The notes under the pieces: generated by a model
What the model was told of the DNA's origin: nothing
The model's database searches: none
The model's input: the letters and a program-made list of their open reading frames with translations, nothing else
Shown: positions 19,423 through 32,493 of the stretch, in pieces
Layout: every line of letters starts with the position of its first letter
Numbering within the stretch: the first letter of the stretch is position 1
Translations under genes and position numbers: made by a program
Assembly: GCF_019689535.1 (NCBI RefSeq)
Contig: NZ_JADGHH010000001.1
Span: forward strand, 1 to 56,436
Source of the DNA: Pigmentiphaga sp.
GTDB taxonomy: Bacteria > Pseudomonadota > Gammaproteobacteria > Burkholderiales > Burkholderiaceae_B
Reading direction: 5' to 3'
DNA length: 56,436 bases

Positions 19423-20271
19423 ATGAACACCAGCGAGGCAAGACTCGTGCTGGAGACTGCGCTCTTGTGCGCGCAGGAACCGTTGCAGTTGTCGGAATTG
19501 CGCAAGCTGTTTGCCGATGAAGTCGGCAACGACACGATCCGTGGCCTCCTGCAAGATATTCGCGAGGCGTGGAGCGATCGGGGCATAGAACTGGTTGCGC
19601 TGGCGGGCGGCTGGCGATTCCAGAGCCGTCCGTCGATGCGGCCTTATCTCGAAAGGCTGAATCCGGAGAAGCCGCCCAAGTATTCCCGGGCGGTCATGGA
19701 AACGTTGGCCATCGTGGCTTACAGGCAGCCCGTGACGCGGGGCGACATCGAAGAGATCCGTGGCGTGACGGTATCTTCGCAAGTCATCAAGACCCTCGAA
19801 GACCGCGGCTGGATCGAGGTCATCGGGCATCGGGATGCGCCTGGCCGGCCGGCGTTGTTTGGCACCACGCGCCAGTTCCTGGACGATTTGGGGCTGAAGG
19901 CCTTGGACGAGCTGCCTCCGCTCGAGTCAGCCGAGTCTGTGGCGGCATTGAGTGGCCTGGATGGCTCGGGCGATCTGTCGCTGGCCGTGGACGCCGCTGA
20001 CCCGGGCGCTGCGGCAGCCGCGAACGAAGAGGCGCAGCCCCAGGACGAAGTCGGGGAGGAACAGGCCGCGGCTTCCGGTTTGCCCGGGCCCGAGGCAGAA
20101 ATGTCCGCAGCCCCTGCGCATGAGGATGCACCGGGCGCGAACCCGGGGGCTGCAGTCGAGGAAGCCGGCCCTGACAGTACGAACATGCAGTCGCCCGACG
20201 CCGAGCCGGCGTCCGGCGCCGAGGACGGTGCGTCCTCCGATACGAAGACAAGCGACGAAGACTATAGATGA
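19423..20271 (+). CDS. scpB: SMC-Scp complex subunit ScpB
   Basis: [23 protein letters not shown] and PGRP...TT..FL motifs; acidic C-terminal tail. Confidence 0.95.
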   Translation: MNTSEARLVLETALLCAQEPLQLSELRKLFADEVGNDTIRGLLQDIREAWSDRGIELVALAGGWRFQSRPSMRPYLERLNPEKPPKYSRAVMETLAIVAYRQPVTRGDIEEIRGVTVSSQVIKTLEDRGWIEVIGHRDAPGRPALFGTTRQFLDDLGLKALDELPPLESAESVAALSGLDGSGDLSLAVDAADPGAAAAANEEAQPQDEVGEEQAAASGLPGPEAEMSAAPAHEDAPGANPGAAVEEAGPDSTNMQSPDAEPASGAEDGASSDTKTSDEDYR

Positions 20272-21932
20272 ACGACACAACGCAAGAAATGCCCGCTGCC
20301 GAAAGCGTGGAGGCGCCCGTGGTTCCGCTGGAGACAGGCGCTCCCACGCAGGAAAAGGCGCGGGGGCGGCGGAATTTGCGCACGCCATTCCGCCGCCGCC
20401 GGCCCGCCGAAGAGGCGCAGCCCGCAACGGAGGCGGCCCCCACCGCCGAAGGCGATCTTCCCTCCTCGCCAGGCGGGGAAGCCAAGGCTCCCCGCCGCAA
20501 ATCCCGCAACGGGAAAAAAACCAAGTCGAACCGTGGTGAATTGCCCCCGCAGGGCGTTGCCGAGGCGATGCAGCCGGCGTTGCCCGAGTTGAGTCCGGAA
20601 GAGCAGAAGGCAGCGGAAAAGGAAGCCGAGCAGGCGTTGTCCTACCTAGACAAGGCGCCGGACCTGAAGCGCCGCCTGAGCAAGTATCTCGCGAGCGAGG
20701 CGGTCATGCCCAAGCTGCACAAGGTGCTGGCCGATGCAGGCATAGGCTCGCGGCGCGAAATGGAAGAGCTGATCATCGCCGGCCGCGTCTCGGTCAACGG
20801 CGAGCCCGCGCATATCGGTCAGCGCGTCGGGCCGAACGACCAAGTGCGCGTCAACGGCAAGTTGGTGCAGCGGCGCAATGCCTCGCGGCCTCCGCGTGTG
20901 CTGCTGTATCACAAGCCCGCCGGGGAAATCGTCACGCAGGACGACCCGGAAGGCCGCTCGACGGTGTTCTCCCGCCTGCCCAAGATCAAGAACGGCAAGT
21001 GGATTTCCGTGGGGCGCCTCGACCTCAATACGGAAGGTTTGCTGATCTTCACCACCTCCGGCGACCTCGCCAACCGCCTGATGCATCCTCGCTACGGATT
21101 GGAGCGCGAATACGCGGTCCGCGTGCTGGGCGAGGTGACCGAGGAGCAGCGCAATGCCCTCCTGCAGGGCGTGCAGCTCGACGATGGCGTGGCGTCGTTC
21201 GGCTCCATGGAGTATCTGGGCGGCGAAGGCGCCAACCGCTGGTACCGCGTCACGCTCCAGGAGGGGCGCAATCGCGAAGTGCGGCGCATGTTCGAATCGC
21301 AGGGCGTGGTCGTGAGCCGCCTGCTGCGCACCCGCTTCGGCGACATTTCCCTTCCGCGCGGCCTGCGCCGCGGGCGATGGGAAGAGCTCGATCCGGCGCT
21401 GGTCACCGCCCTGCAGGTGCAGTTGGGGCTGATCCGGGCCGATGACGAAGGCGGTCGGCGCGGCCGCCGGGGCGCCCAGCCTGTTTCCCACGAAGCGGCG
21501 CTGCCGCCCGGCTTTGGCACGCTCACCCAGAACGGCATGCATGGCGCGCGCATCGGGCGCAAAGGACGGCTCCAGGGCGGCAAGGCCGGAGTGGTCGCCC
21601 TGAACCAAACCTTTCCTTCCGACCCCTTCGGCACGGGCTTGAGCTTCGCCGGCGGGTTGCCCAACGGGCATCCTTATGTCGCGCCGGAGCGCGGGCCCGG
21701 CCGCAAGCGCGGCAAGAAGGCTGCCCGCCCGGGGCAGCCGGGCGTCAAGCCGGAGGGCGACGTTTCCGCCAACGGCCGAGCGCAGCGCGGCCGCAAGTCC
21801 GGCAACCGGGGCAAGTCGGGCAAGGGTGGGGCACGCGGCGCGGACGAGCGCCAACCCCGCAGCCCGTCGGCCCACGAGTCGCACCTGGGCTTCCTAGGGG
21901 GCGTTGCCGGGCGCGCCCGGCGTGGACGCTGA
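20268..21932 (+). CDS. rluB: 23S rRNA pseudouridine synthase RluB
   Basis: S4 domain ([15 protein letters not shown]), [10 protein letters not shown] and EGRNREVRR motifs. Confidence 0.93.
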   Translation: MNDTTQEMPAAESVEAPVVPLETGAPTQEKARGRRNLRTPFRRRRPAEEAQPATEAAPTAEGDLPSSPGGEAKAPRRKSRNGKKTKSNRGELPPQGVAEAMQPALPELSPEEQKAAEKEAEQALSYLDKAPDLKRRLSKYLASEAVMPKLHKVLADAGIGSRREMEELIIAGRVSVNGEPAHIGQRVGPNDQVRVNGKLVQRRNASRPPRVLLYHKPAGEIVTQDDPEGRSTVFSRLPKIKNGKWISVGRLDLNTEGLLIFTTSGDLANRLMHPRYGLEREYAVRVLGEVTEEQRNALLQGVQLDDGVASFGSMEYLGGEGANRWYRVTLQEGRNREVRRMFESQGVVVSRLLRTRFGDISLPRGLRRGRWEELDPALVTALQVQLGLIRADDEGGRRGRRGAQPVSHEAALPPGFGTLTQNGMHGARIGRKGRLQGGKAGVVALNQTFPSDPFGTGLSFAGGLPNGHPYVAPERGPGRKRGKKAARPGQPGVKPEGDVSANGRAQRGRKSGNRGKSGKGGARGADERQPRSPSAHESHLGFLGGVAGRARRGR

Positions 21933-21964
21933 GCGGCATCTATTGGCGAAATGGCGGTGTTGGC

Positions 21965-21993
21965 TTGAAAAAAAGGCCAATTTAGCTTAACAT
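21965..21993 (+). promoter_or_regulatory. sigma70 promoter of the rimP-nusA-infB operon (TTGAAA-N17-TAACAT)
   Basis: Near-consensus hexamers in an AT-rich patch. Confidence 0.6.
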
Positions 21994-22269
21994 TTACAGG
22001 CTAGACACCGCGTTTAGGGTCCAGTGCACGAATAGCCGCTTTCCAAGCCGGTTTCAGTGATTCCACCTTGCGCGATGGTGGCGGCCTGCAATGCCCTGGC
22101 GTTTGTTGGGCGACGGGCCACCAGTGTGTGTATGGCGGGAGGGTTCTCCGGCTGTGGCGGCTTTCGGCATCCGTGCCCAAGGCTGGTCTTCGGTTGAGTC
22201 CTCCGACAACAGAACAGGCGAGCGTTCGGTACTTTGCAGCGCAGCTGCGCTCGGTCCGGGCGATGTCGC

Positions 22270-22303
22270 AAAATGGGCTGGGCCGTGCAGCCCATTTTTT
22301 TTT
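22270..22303 (+). terminator. rimP leader terminator/attenuator
   Basis: AAAATGGGCTG-loop-CAGCCCATTTT followed by a T-run, about 110 bp before rimP; resembles the known rimP leader hairpin. Confidence 0.75.
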
Positions 22304-22413
22304 GGTTTTCCGGTTCGCGTCCGTCGGGCCGTCGGCATCTGCCGGACGATGGACTGCGGCGGGTACGCGGCATGCGATGCGTGCCGGTTACGAACGAGGG
22401 CGCATAACGAGGC

Positions 22414-22914
22414 ATGGCAGATCTTTTTCAGCTTACCGAACAATCCCTGGCTGGGATGGGGATTGAACTGGTCGACGTGGAACGCGCCGGGCAGGGGCTG
22501 CTGCGTGTCACGATAGATAAGGAAGGCGGAGTGCGCATAGAAGATTGCGAGGCGGTGTCTAGGCAACTGTCGCGCGTCTACGAGGTCGAAAACATTGATT
22601 ACGCGCGGCTGGAAGTCGGCTCGCCCGGCATCGACCGGCCGTTGCGCACCGCCAGGGACTTCATGCGTTTTGCCGGCGAGCGTGCGCAAATCAAGCTGCG
22701 CCAGCCGTTCGAGGGCCGCAAGGTCTTCATTGGCACGCTGGTCGGTCCGGAATCCGATCCGGACGGCGACGCAGGTACGGGATCCGAACCGGCGACGTTC
22801 GGTATCGAATTCGAAGCAAAGGAAGGGGAGATCCAGGTTTTGCGGTTTACGCTCGACGAGGTCGAGCGCGCCAAGCTGGATCCGGTTCTGAATTTCAGGG
22901 GCAAAAAGCGATGA
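22414..22914 (+). CDS. rimP: Ribosome maturation factor RimP
   Basis: EDCEAVSR and [12 protein letters not shown] motifs; position before nusA. Confidence 0.95.
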   Translation: MADLFQLTEQSLAGMGIELVDVERAGQGLLRVTIDKEGGVRIEDCEAVSRQLSRVYEVENIDYARLEVGSPGIDRPLRTARDFMRFAGERAQIKLRQPFEGRKVFIGTLVGPESDPDGDAGTGSEPATFGIEFEAKEGEIQVLRFTLDEVERAKLDPVLNFRGKKR

Positions 22915-24389
22915 GCCGCGAGATTCTATTGTTGGTGGATGCGCTGGCGCGCGAAAAGAATGTCACGCGCGACGTGGTGTTCGGCGCACTCGAGAGCGCG
23001 CTGGCTTCCGCCATGAAGAAGCTCTACAAAGAAGATGTCGATATCCGTGTCGCGATCAACCGCGACACGGGCTCTCACGAGGCGTTTCGCCGGTGGCTCG
23101 TCGTGCCTGACGAGGCTGGTCTGCAGATGCCGGACCAGCAGACGCTGCTGTCTGACGCGCGCGACGTGGATCCCGACATCGAAGTGGGGCAATACATTGA
23201 AGAGCCGCTCGAACCCATCGAGTTCGGGCGCATTGGCGCGCAGGCCGCCAAGCAGGTCATCCTGCAGAAAATCCGCGATGCCGAGCGGGAGCAACTGCTC
23301 AACGATTTCCTGGAGCGCGGCGAGTCCATCGTCTCCGGCACCATCAAGCGCATGGACAAGGGCGACGCCATCATCGAGATCGGCAAGATCGAAGCCCGCT
23401 TGCCGCGCTCGGAAATGATCCCGAAGGAAAACCTGCGCGTGGGCGACCGCGTGCGTGCGTACCTGAAGGGCATCGACCGCCAGGCACGCGGGCAGCAGAT
23501 CATCCTGTCGCGCGCCGCGCCGCAGTTCATTGCGAAGCTGTTCGAAAACGAAGTGCCGGAGATCGAGCAGGGCCTGCTGGAGCTCAAGGGCGCGGCCCGC
23601 GATCCGGGCGTGCGCGCCAAGATCGCCGTCGTGGCGCACGACCGCCGCATCGACCCGATCGGCACGTGCGTCGGCATGCGCGGTTCGCGCGTGCAGGCTG
23701 TGCGCAACGAGCTCGGAGGCGAACAGGTCGATATCGTGCTATGGTCCGAGGATCCGGCGCAGTTCGTGATCGGCGCGCTGGCTCCGGCCAACGTCCAATC
23801 CATCGTGGTCGACGAGGATCGCCACGCGATGGACGTCGTGGTCGACGAGGACAACCTGGCGATTGCAATCGGCCGCAGCGGCCAAAACGTGCGCCTGGCT
23901 TCCGAGCTTACCGGCTGGCAGATCAACATCATGACGCCGGAAGAAAGCCAGGCCAAGCAGGAGCAGGAGCACAATGCCCTGCGCGAGACCTTCATGACCA
24001 AGCTGGACGTCGACCAAGAAGTGGCCGACATTCTGATCGAGGAAGGTTTCACCGGCCTGGAGGAAATCGCCTACGTGCCGATCCAGGAACTGCTGGAAAT
24101 CGAAGCGTTCGACGAAGATACGATCAATGAACTGCGCAATCGCGCACGCAACGCACTGTTGACCGAAGCGATCGCGCAGGAAGAGCGGGTCGAGACGGCG
24201 CAGGACCTGCTGGGCCTGGAGGGCGTGACGCCGGAGCTGGCCGCCAAGCTGGCGGAAGGGCAGGTGTACACGCGCGACGACCTCGCGGACCTGTCCGTCG
24301 ACGAGCTGACCGAATTGACAGGCATCGACGCAGAGGCAGCCAAGCAGCTCATCGTACGTGCCCGTGCGCACTGGTTTGAGCAGGCTTGA
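22911..24389 (+). CDS. nusA: Transcription termination/antitermination factor NusA
   Basis: [12 protein letters not shown]1 and KH domains ([18 protein letters not shown]) and acidic repeats. Confidence 0.98.
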   Translation: MSREILLLVDALAREKNVTRDVVFGALESALASAMKKLYKEDVDIRVAINRDTGSHEAFRRWLVVPDEAGLQMPDQQTLLSDARDVDPDIEVGQYIEEPLEPIEFGRIGAQAAKQVILQKIRDAEREQLLNDFLERGESIVSGTIKRMDKGDAIIEIGKIEARLPRSEMIPKENLRVGDRVRAYLKGIDRQARGQQIILSRAAPQFIAKLFENEVPEIEQGLLELKGAARDPGVRAKIAVVAHDRRIDPIGTCVGMRGSRVQAVRNELGGEQVDIVLWSEDPAQFVIGALAPANVQSIVVDEDRHAMDVVVDEDNLAIAIGRSGQNVRLASELTGWQINIMTPEESQAKQEQEHNALRETFMTKLDVDQEVADILIEEGFTGLEEIAYVPIQELLEIEAFDEDTINELRNRARNALLTEAIAQEERVETAQDLLGLEGVTPELAAKLAEGQVYTRDDLADLSVDELTELTGIDAEAAKQLIVRARAHWFEQA

Positions 24390-24433
24390 GCCAACCCATA
24401 CCGTCGATCAGCCACACCGGGGAAGAGAAACGA

Positions 24434-27316
24434 ATGTCGAGTAACACTGTCGCCCAGTTCGCAAATGAGCTGAAATTGCCCGCCAATGTACTGCTGGAAC
24501 AGCTGCGCGCCGCGGGCGTAAGCATCAATTCGGTCGACGACACCGTCACCGAAAGCGACAAGGCACAACTGCTCGAATCGTTGCGCCGCGCCCACGGTGC
24601 GTCGGAAGACCGCAAGAAAATCACGGTGACCCGCAAGCAGACTTCCGAGATCAAGCAGGCCGACGCCACCGGCAAGGCCCGCACGATCCAGGTCGAGGTC
24701 CGCAAGAAGCGCGTGTTCATCAAGCGCGATATAGCCGACGGCGCCGAAGCCGAGTCGGGCACGCCGGTTCGTGCTGACGAGGAAACGCGCGCTACGGCCG
24801 ACGCCGAAGCGGCCGCGCGCGAGCAGGAAGAAGCCCGTGCGCGCGCGGAGGCCGAGGAGCGCGAGCGTCGCGAAGCCGAGGCCCGCCTGCGCGAGGCGGA
24901 GGAAAAGGCCCGCCAGGAGGCCGAACGAGCGGCCAAGGAAGCCGAGCGAGCCGCGGCGGAAGCCGAACGAGCCAAACAGGCTGCCGCCGAGGCGGCAGCT
25001 GCCCAATCCACCCACCCTGCCGTGCCCGAGGGAGGGGCTGCAGTGAGCGATGTCGTAGCAAGCCAGGCTGCGTCGAGCGCCGAGGCGGCGCGCGTCAAGG
25101 CCGACGAGGCCCGTAAGAAAGCCGAAGAAATGCGTCAGGCCGATGCCAAGGCCGCAGAGGCGCGCGAGAGGGCGCGTCGCGCCGCCGAGGCGGAAGCCGC
25201 GGCCCTGCGCGAGATGCTGAACCGTCCGCGCAAGGTCCTGCACGCGCCGCAGCCGCCAGCCCAACCCGGGGCACCCATCGCCGGCACGCTGCACAAGCCT
25301 GCCGCGAAGGCGGGCGCCCAGGCCCAGGATGCCAATAAGGAAAGCGCTCCGGCCAAGAAGGACGACAAGCCCGCGGCCGGCAAGAAGGTTTTGAAGGCCG
25401 GTGCGGTCGCGTCCACGTGGTCGGAAGATGCCAATCGCAAGAAGGGCCTGAAGACCCGCGGCGACGCCTCGGCCGGCGCGAGCCGTGACGGATGGCGCGG
25501 CGGCGGCCGCGGTGGAAAGCACCGCCAGCAGGAACAGAAGCAGCACCAACAGGTCGTCGAGAACATCGTGCGCGAAGTGCACGTGCCCGAGACGATCTCG
25601 GTGGCCGACCTTGCCCACAAGATGGCGGTCAAGGCTGCCGAGGTGATCAAGGTGCTCATGAAGATGGGCCAGATGGTCACCATCAACCAGGTGCTGGACC
25701 AAGAAACCGCGATGATCGTGGTCGAAGAGCTCGGGCATACCGCGATCGCCGCGAAGCTGGACGATCCGGAGGCATTCCTCGACGAGGCGCCCGCCACCGA
25801 CGCGGCCCAGCTGCCGCGCGCGCCGGTCGTCACCGTCATGGGCCACGTCGACCACGGCAAGACCTCGCTGCTGGACTACATCCGCCGTTCGAAGGTCGCT
25901 TCGGGCGAGGCCGGTGGCATTACCCAGCACATCGGCGCGTATCACGTGGAAACCGAACGCGGCGTGATCACCTTCCTCGACACCCCGGGCCACGAGGCGT
26001 TCACCGCGATGCGCGCGCGTGGCGCCCAGGCCACGGATATCGTGATCCTGGTGGTCGCTGCCGATGACGGCGTGATGCCCCAGACCAAGGAGGCGATCCA
26101 TCACGCCAAGGCAGCGGGCGTGCCCATCGTCGTGGCGGTCAACAAGATCGACAAGCCCGAGGCCAACCCCGAGCGCGTCAAGCAGGAGCTGGTTGCCGAA
26201 GAGGTCGTGCCCGAAGAGTACGGTGGCGATTCGCCGTTCGTGCCTGTGTCCGCCAAGACCGGTGCCGGCATCGACGAGCTGCTCGAACAAGTGTTGCTGC
26301 AGGCCGAAATCCTGGAGCTGAAGGCGCCCGTGGATGCGCCGGCCAAGGGGCTGGTGATCGAGGCCAAGCTCGACAAGGGCCGCGGGCCGGTCGCCACCAT
26401 CCTGGTCCAGAGCGGGACGCTCAAGCGCGGCGACGTCGTGTTGGCCGGCGCGAGCTTCGGCCGCGTGCGCGCCATGCTCAACGAGGTTGGCAAGCCGATC
26501 ACCGAGGCGGGGCCGTCGATTCCCGTCGAGATCCAGGGCCTAACCGAGGTGCCAGCCGCCGGCGACGAGCTCATCGTGCTCAACGACGAGCGCAAGGCCC
26601 GCGAAATCGCGCTGTTCCGCCAAGGCAAGTTCCGCGACGTCAAGCTGGCCCGCCAGCAAGCGGCCAAGCTCGAGTCCTTGTTCGAGAACATGGGCGAAGG
26701 CGTGCAGACGCTCCCGCTCATCGTCAAGACCGACGTGCAGGGCTCGCAGGAGGCGTTGGTGCAGGCGCTCACGAAGCTCTCCACCGACGAGGTGCGCGTG
26801 CAGGTCGTGCACGCCGCGGTCGGGGGCGTTTCCGAGAGCGACATCAACCTGGCCATCGCTTCCAAGGCCGTGGTCATCGCGTTCAACGTGCGGGCCGATG
26901 CCAGCGCCAAGAAGCTGGCCGAAAACAACGGTGTCGACGTGCGCTACTACAACATCATCTATGACGCCGTAGATGACGTGAAGTCGGCCATGTCGGGCAT
27001 GTTGGCTCCGGAAAAGCGCGAAGAGATCATAGGCCTGGTCGAGATCCGCGAGGTCTACCACGTCTCGCGCATCGGCAACATCGCCGGCTGCATGGTGCTC
27101 GACGGCGTGGTGCGCCGCAACTCGCAGGTCCGCCTGCTGCGCAACAACGTGGTCATGTGGACGGGCGAAGTCGATTCGCTGCGCCGGTTCAAGGACGACG
27201 TGCGCGAAGTCAAGGCTGGCTTCGACTGCGGCCTTACGCTGCGCAACTACAACGACATCGCGATCGGCGACCAGCTCGAGGTGTTCGAGGTGAAGGAAGT
27301 GGCACGCACGCTGTAA
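24434..27316 (+). CDS. infB: Translation initiation factor IF-2
   Basis: [13 protein letters not shown] and NKID motifs; start at [10 protein letters not shown]. Confidence 0.98.
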   Translation: MSSNTVAQFANELKLPANVLLEQLRAAGVSINSVDDTVTESDKAQLLESLRRAHGASEDRKKITVTRKQTSEIKQADATGKARTIQVEVRKKRVFIKRDIADGAEAESGTPVRADEETRATADAEAAAREQEEARARAEAEERERREAEARLREAEEKARQEAERAAKEAERAAAEAERAKQAAAEAAAAQSTHPAVPEGGAAVSDVVASQAASSAEAARVKADEARKKAEEMRQADAKAAEARERARRAAEAEAAALREMLNRPRKVLHAPQPPAQPGAPIAGTLHKPAAKAGAQAQDANKESAPAKKDDKPAAGKKVLKAGAVASTWSEDANRKKGLKTRGDASAGASRDGWRGGGRGGKHRQQEQKQHQQVVENIVREVHVPETISVADLAHKMAVKAAEVIKVLMKMGQMVTINQVLDQETAMIVVEELGHTAIAAKLDDPEAFLDEAPATDAAQLPRAPVVTVMGHVDHGKTSLLDYIRRSKVASGEAGGITQHIGAYHVETERGVITFLDTPGHEAFTAMRARGAQATDIVILVVAADDGVMPQTKEAIHHAKAAGVPIVVAVNKIDKPEANPERVKQELVAEEVVPEEYGGDSPFVPVSAKTGAGIDELLEQVLLQAEILELKAPVDAPAKGLVIEAKLDKGRGPVATILVQSGTLKRGDVVLAGASFGRVRAMLNEVGKPITEAGPSIPVEIQGLTEVPAAGDELIVLNDERKAREIALFRQGKFRDVKLARQQAAKLESLFENMGEGVQTLPLIVKTDVQGSQEALVQALTKLSTDEVRVQVVHAAVGGVSESDINLAIASKAVVIAFNVRADASAKKLAENNGVDVRYYNIIYDAVDDVKSAMSGMLAPEKREEIIGLVEIREVYHVSRIGNIAGCMVLDGVVRRNSQVRLLRNNVVMWTGEVDSLRRFKDDVREVKAGFDCGLTLRNYNDIAIGDQLEVFEVKEVARTL

Positions 27317-27334
27317 AGGGCGCGTCGTAGATAC

Positions 27335-27796
27335 ATGAGTCGTCATAGACAGAGAAAGGTGCCGGGCGGCCGCAACCAGCGGCTCGCCGACCAGATCCAG
27401 AAGGATCTGGCCGAGATGATCCAGCGCGAGGTCGACGTGAGCCGCGCGGGCTTGGTCACGCTCACGGGTGTGGATCTGTCCGCCGACTACGCCCATGCCA
27501 AGGTTTACTTCACCGTCATGGGGGCCGAGCCGGCCGATGCCGAAGCGGCCCTGAACGAGAAGGCGGGCTGGCTGCATTCGCTGCTCTTCAAGCGCTTGCA
27601 CATCCACACAGTGCCCACGCTGCGTTTCGTGCACGACCGGCAGATGTCGCGCGGCATCGCCATGAGCCAGCTCATTACCCAGGCCAACACGCCGGGGGTC
27701 AAGGCCGACGCGATCGAGGCTTCCCGCTCGGCCGAGGACGGCCGCGAGGAAATCGAGCCGGCCGAACCGTCCGCGCCTGACGACGATCGCGCGTAA
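27335..27796 (+). CDS. rbfA: 30S ribosome-binding factor RbfA
   Basis: [20 protein letters not shown] and PTLRF motifs. Confidence 0.95.
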   Translation: MSRHRQRKVPGGRNQRLADQIQKDLAEMIQREVDVSRAGLVTLTGVDLSADYAHAKVYFTVMGAEPADAEAALNEKAGWLHSLLFKRLHIHTVPTLRFVHDRQMSRGIAMSQLITQANTPGVKADAIEASRSAEDGREEIEPAEPSAPDDDRA

Positions 27797-27829
27797 GCCG
27801 CGCTGCGTCTTTTTATTTCGACGATTGCG

Positions 27830-28750
27830 ATGGCTTCCCGACGCGGACGTGCGCTGGACGGTGTGTTGTTGCTGGATAAACCCGAGGGCTTGTCCAGCAA
27901 CCATGCGCTGCAGCGGGCGCGCCGCATTCTGGATGCGCGCAAGGCCGGACATACGGGAACGCTGGATCCGTTCGCGACGGGACTCATGGTGCTCTGCTTT
28001 GGCGAAGCGACCAAGTTCTCCGGCGCCATGTTCCATGCCGACAAGCGTTATACGGCCACGCTCGCGCTGGGCGAGGAAACGGATAGCGGCGATTGCACCG
28101 GCCTGCCGGTTGCTTTTCCGGGGCAAGAGCCCGGTCGCGTCGTGGACGAAGCTGAGCTGCGCGATGTGCTGCGCCGATTCGTCGGCAGGATCTCCCAGGT
28201 TCCGCCCATGTATTCGGCACTCAAGCGCGACGGCAAGCCGCTGTACGAGTACGCGCGCGAGGGCGTCACGCTCGAGCGCGAGCCGCGCGAGGTCCATATC
28301 TACGAACTGGAACTCGTGTCGATGCAGGGTCGCGCCGCGACGATAGACGTGCGTTGCAGCAAGGGGACTTACATCCGCACGCTTGCCCAAGACATCGGTC
28401 GGGCACTGGGCTGCGGCGCCCATCTCACGGCGTTGCGGCGCACGAGTACCGCCGGCTTTGGCTTGGAGCAGGCATGGACGTTGGAGGCCCTGGAGTCCTT
28501 GGACGATCCAGCGTCGGCCCTGCTTGCGGCGGACAAGATGCTGGAAGACCTGGACGCCGTGACGCTCGACGCGGCCGCGGCATCCCGCTTCATGCAGGGG
28601 CGCAAGCAAAGTGCGGCGGCGGTCGGTGCGTCGGGCTCGACCGACAAGGTTCGGGTATACGACCCGCAAGGAAAGTTTCTGGGAACGGCCCGTCGCGAGG
28701 ACGGCTGGCTGCAGCCAGATAGATTGATTTCATTCAAGGAAACGACATGA
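27830..28750 (+). CDS. truB: tRNA pseudouridine(55) synthase TruB
   Basis: [20 protein letters not shown] and CSKGTYIR motifs. Confidence 0.97.
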   Translation: MASRRGRALDGVLLLDKPEGLSSNHALQRARRILDARKAGHTGTLDPFATGLMVLCFGEATKFSGAMFHADKRYTATLALGEETDSGDCTGLPVAFPGQEPGRVVDEAELRDVLRRFVGRISQVPPMYSALKRDGKPLYEYAREGVTLEREPREVHIYELELVSMQGRAATIDVRCSKGTYIRTLAQDIGRALGCGAHLTALRRTSTAGFGLEQAWTLEALESLDDPASALLAADKMLEDLDAVTLDAAAASRFMQGRKQSAAAVGASGSTDKVRVYDPQGKFLGTARREDGWLQPDRLISFKETT

Positions 28751-30567
28751 CACGCGCATTGCGCAACGTGGCGATCATCGCGCACGTGGACCATGGCAAG
28801 ACCACTTTGGTGGACCAGCTGCTCCGGCAGGCGGGAACGTTCCGTGAGAACGAGCAGGTCGCCGAACGCGTCATGGATTCCAATGACATCGAAAAAGAGC
28901 GCGGCATCACGATTTTGGCCAAGAACTGTGCGGTCGAATACCAAGGCACGCACATCAACATCGTCGACACCCCGGGGCACGCGGACTTCGGTGGCGAAGT
29001 GGAGCGCGTGCTTTCCATGGTCGACGGCGTGCTGCTGTTGGTCGATGCCGTCGAAGGCCCCATGCCGCAAACGCGCTTCGTCACGCGCAAGGCGCTGGCC
29101 CTGGGGCTCAAGCCCATCGTGGTCATCAATAAGATCGACCGCCCCGGCGCCCGTCCAGATTGGGTCATCAACCAGACCTTCGATCTATTCGACAAGCTGG
29201 GCGCAACGGAAGAGCAGCTGGACTTTCCGGTCGTCTATGCTTCCGGCCTGAACGGCTACGCCGGCCTGAGCGCCGACGTGCGCGACGGCGACATGAAGCC
29301 CTTGTTCGACGTCATCCTGGACAAGGTGCCCGTGCGCGCCGACGATGCCGACGGCCCCCTGCAATTGCAGATCGTTTCGCTGGATTACTCGAGCTACGTG
29401 GGCAAGATCGGCATCGGCCGCATCAACCGCGGTCGCGTCCGCCCGTTGCAGGACGTGGTGGTTAAGTTCGGCCCGGAAGGCGAACCCATCAAGGGACGCG
29501 TCAACCAAGTGCTCAAGTTCCGCGGACTCGAGCGCGAAATCGTGCCCGAGGCGCAAGCCGGCGACATCGTGCTCATCAACGGCATCGACGAGTTGGGAAT
29601 AGGCTGCACCGTCTGCGCGCCCGAGGCGCCTGAGGCGCTGCCGATGATCAAGGTAGACGAACCCACCCTGACCATGAACTTCTGCGTGAACACGTCGCCG
29701 CTGGCGGGCCGGGAAGGCAAGTTCGTCACCAGCCGGCAATTGCGCGAGCGCCTGGAGCGCGAGCTCAAGTCCAACGTAGCGCTGCGCGTGCGCGACACCG
29801 GAGACGATACGGTGTTCGAAGTGTCAGGCCGCGGCGAGCTGCACCTGACCATTCTGCTGGAGAATATGCGGCGTGAGGGTTACGAGCTGGCCGTCTCCCG
29901 CCCGCGCGTGGTGTACAAGGAAATCGACGGCGTCAAGTGCGAGCCCTACGAGCTCCTCACGGTGGACGTCGAAGACGGCCACCAGGGGGCCGTGATGGAG
30001 GAGCTGGGCCGCCGCAAGGGCGAGCTGCTCGACATGGCCTCGGACGGCAAGGGCCGCACCCGGCTGGAATACCGCATTCCTGCGCGCGGCCTGATCGGCT
30101 TCCAGGGTGAGTTCCTTACCCTGACGCGGGGCACGGGCCTGATGAGCCACGTGTTCGACGAATATGCGCCGGTTCGCGAGGGCACGTTGGGCGAACGCCG
30201 CAACGGCGTGCTCATCAGCCAGGAGGACGGCGACGCCGTGGCCTATGCATTATGGAAGCTGCAGGAGCGTGGCCGCATGTTCGTCTCGCCGGGCGAAGCA
30301 CTGTACGAAGGCATGATCATCGGCATCCATAGCCGCGACAACGACTTGGTCGTCAATCCGATCAAGGGCAAGCAGCTCACGAACATTCGCGCGTCGGGCA
30401 GCGATGAAGCCGTGCGCCTGATTCCGCCTATCCAGCTTACGCTGGAGTACGCGGTGGAATTCATCGCGGACGACGAGCTGGTCGAAATCACGCCCAAGAG
30501 CATACGCCTGAGGAAAAAGCACCTGAAGGAGCACGAGCGCAAGCGCGCAAGCCGCGAAGCGGCCTGA
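28747..30567 (+). CDS. typA: Translational GTPase TypA/BipA
   Basis: [24 protein letters not shown] and [11 protein letters not shown] motifs. Confidence 0.98.
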   Translation: MTRALRNVAIIAHVDHGKTTLVDQLLRQAGTFRENEQVAERVMDSNDIEKERGITILAKNCAVEYQGTHINIVDTPGHADFGGEVERVLSMVDGVLLLVDAVEGPMPQTRFVTRKALALGLKPIVVINKIDRPGARPDWVINQTFDLFDKLGATEEQLDFPVVYASGLNGYAGLSADVRDGDMKPLFDVILDKVPVRADDADGPLQLQIVSLDYSSYVGKIGIGRINRGRVRPLQDVVVKFGPEGEPIKGRVNQVLKFRGLEREIVPEAQAGDIVLINGIDELGIGCTVCAPEAPEALPMIKVDEPTLTMNFCVNTSPLAGREGKFVTSRQLRERLERELKSNVALRVRDTGDDTVFEVSGRGELHLTILLENMRREGYELAVSRPRVVYKEIDGVKCEPYELLTVDVEDGHQGAVMEELGRRKGELLDMASDGKGRTRLEYRIPARGLIGFQGEFLTLTRGTGLMSHVFDEYAPVREGTLGERRNGVLISQEDGDAVAYALWKLQERGRMFVSPGEALYEGMIIGIHSRDNDLVVNPIKGKQLTNIRASGSDEAVRLIPPIQLTLEYAVEFIADDELVEITPKSIRLRKKHLKEHERKRASREAA

Positions 30568-30586
30568 GCCCGCGCAGGAGCGTGAG

Positions 30587-30620
30587 GAGAAAAGGGGGCG
30601 AGCAACCCCCTTTCTCTTTT
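30587..30620 (+). terminator. Rho-independent terminator after typA
   Basis: GAGAAAAGGGGG-loop-CCCCCTTTCTC followed by TTTT. Confidence 0.8.
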
Positions 30621-30642
30621 GAGGCGAACCGTGTTTCGCCCA

Positions 30643-30669
30643 TACAGATCCCGCCCGGCATGCCGTTAA
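30643..30669 (+). promoter_or_regulatory. Putative sigma28 (FliA) promoter TACA-N15-GCCGTTAA
   Basis: One mismatch in each box relative to TAAA-N15-GCCGATAA, upstream of a chemoreceptor gene. Confidence 0.6.
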
Positions 30670-30737
30670 TGGTAGGCATGGTTTTTCGTTTCCGGGCCGG
30701 CGCGCATTGCACCGGCCTGTGCGAGCAAGGGGTCTCA

Positions 30738-32450
30738 ATGAGTGCGGTAATGCATGATACAAGTCGCTATTCCGCCGGCGCGGGAGGCGACGTTTCGGCG
30801 TCCATCGTGAACCGGCTGTCCTTGCGGGGCAAGCTGTGGGCGCTGGTGGCCTTGGCGGTCATCCTGCTCCTGGTCGACCGCGGCTGGGCGCTCTACCACG
30901 ACAGGCAAGTGCTATTGGATTCCAAGAAGGCCGAAATCCTGGCCGTGGCGCAAGGTGCCTGGAGCGTCGCCAACCATTACTACGAGCTGCAGCGGAAGGG
31001 GGTGATGAGCCGGGAGCAAGCGCAGGAGGCCGCCAAGACGGCGCTACTCGGGTTCCGGTACGGCGGGGGCAACGGCAAGGCGGAATATGTCTTCATCACC
31101 GACGCCGACGGCATCATGGTGATGAACGGCGGCAATCCTGCGCTCGTGGGCGCGGATTCGGTTGCCCTGACCGGGGACAAGCGCGACCGGGCGCTGGTGA
31201 TGCAGGAGCGTTTCGCCGCCATGCGCGAAGGCGGCGGGCATGCGTTCCTGCCCGTCATGTTCGCGCGTCCCGGCGAAAGCAAGCTCATCCCCAAGCTGAA
31301 CGTCTTCAAGAGCTTCGAGCCGTGGAACTGGGTGGTGGGCACCGGGGTGTACATCGATGATCTCGATGCTGCACTGTTCCGGCAACTCATGCTCGGCGCC
31401 GGCTCGACCGTGATCCTCGCAGTGGTACTGCTGCTGGGCGGCGGCTTCATTGCACGGGGAGTCATCCGGCAGATAGGCGGCGAGCCGCTGGCGGTGATCG
31501 AAATCATGCGCCGGGCCGCGCTCGGCGATTTCCGGCAGCGGCTGCCGAACGCCCCACCCGGCAGCCTGCTCGATGCGTTCGCCAGCATGTCGAACTCCGT
31601 GCGCGAACTGATAGCCTCGGTGCGGGACGAGGCCGGCGCCATGAAGCGCGACGCCCAGCGCATCGCTGATTCCGTGAGCCAAGTGACGACGGCCGCCGCG
31701 CAGCAGAGCGATGCCACCTCTTCGATGGCCGCGGCTGTCGAAGAGCTGACCGTTTCCGTGGCGCACATCTCCGATGCCGCCATGCAGACGCAGCAGAACT
31801 CGGAGGGTGTCGCCGAGCGTTGCCGCAACGGCGAAGCCGGCGTCATGAGTGCAGCCGAAAGCATGAAGCGCATCGCCGCCGCCGTAGGGGAAGCGTCCGA
31901 AAAAATCCGGGGCCTGGAGGCCCGCGCCTTGCAGATCAACTCGATTGCCGCATCGATCAAGGAAATCGCGGGGCAAACCAACCTGTTGGCGCTCAACGCC
32001 GCCATCGAGGCTGCCCGGGCAGGGGAGCAGGGCCGAGGTTTCAGCGTCGTGGCGGACGAGGTCCGCAAGCTGGCCGAGCGCACGTCCTCGGCGACCGTCG
32101 AGATCGAGGAAATGGTGAGCGCCGTCCAGCGGGAAACCGCTGAATCCGCCGCCACGATGGAGCACATCCTGCCCATGGTGGCCGAAGGCACGGACCTGGC
32201 CGACCAAGTCGCCATGTCCTTGCGCGAGATCAGCTCCAGTGCCGACACCTCGCTCGAGCGCGTGCGCGAAGTGGCCCATGCTACCCGAGAGCAGTCGTCG
32301 GCCAGCACGTCCATCGCCCAGCAGGTCGAAAGCATCGCTCAGATGGTGGAAGAAACCACGGCCGCGATGCGGGAGACGACCCGGTCGGCCCAGGAGATGC
32401 GTGACATGGCCGCGCGTTTGGACGCCATGGTCGGCCGGTTCAAAGTCTGA
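30738..32450 (+). CDS. Methyl-accepting chemotaxis protein (single Cache sensor)
   Basis: Two TM segments flanking an sCache_2-like domain ([13 protein letters not shown]); signalling hairpin [34 protein letters not shown]. Start uncertain. Confidence 0.93.
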   Translation: MSAVMHDTSRYSAGAGGDVSASIVNRLSLRGKLWALVALAVILLLVDRGWALYHDRQVLLDSKKAEILAVAQGAWSVANHYYELQRKGVMSREQAQEAAKTALLGFRYGGGNGKAEYVFITDADGIMVMNGGNPALVGADSVALTGDKRDRALVMQERFAAMREGGGHAFLPVMFARPGESKLIPKLNVFKSFEPWNWVVGTGVYIDDLDAALFRQLMLGAGSTVILAVVLLLGGGFIARGVIRQIGGEPLAVIEIMRRAALGDFRQRLPNAPPGSLLDAFASMSNSVRELIASVRDEAGAMKRDAQRIADSVSQVTTAAAQQSDATSSMAAAVEELTVSVAHISDAAMQTQQNSEGVAERCRNGEAGVMSAAESMKRIAAAVGEASEKIRGLEARALQINSIAASIKEIAGQTNLLALNAAIEAARAGEQGRGFSVVADEVRKLAERTSSATVEIEEMVSAVQRETAESAATMEHILPMVAEGTDLADQVAMSLREISSSADTSLERVREVAHATREQSSASTSIAQQVESIAQMVEETTAAMRETTRSAQEMRDMAARLDAMVGRFKV

Positions 32451-32493
32451 CCAGGCTGCGCCGCCGCAGCATGGTGTGCGCGGCGGCGCCAGT

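Noticed and set aside
24780-25210. Quasi-repetitive GAG/GCC/CGC tract in infB
   Set aside because: Normal Glu/Ala/Arg-rich helical linker of IF-2.
24071-28669. Very long antisense ORFs (24071..26290, 739 aa; 26540..28669, 709 aa) opposite infB-rbfA-truB
   Set aside because: These are typical shadow ORFs of high-GC codon-biased genes, with no recognisable domains or RBS.
19423-30567. scpB without adjacent scpA, and truB followed by typA instead of rpsO-pnp
   Set aside because: This arrangement is ordinary in Burkholderiales.
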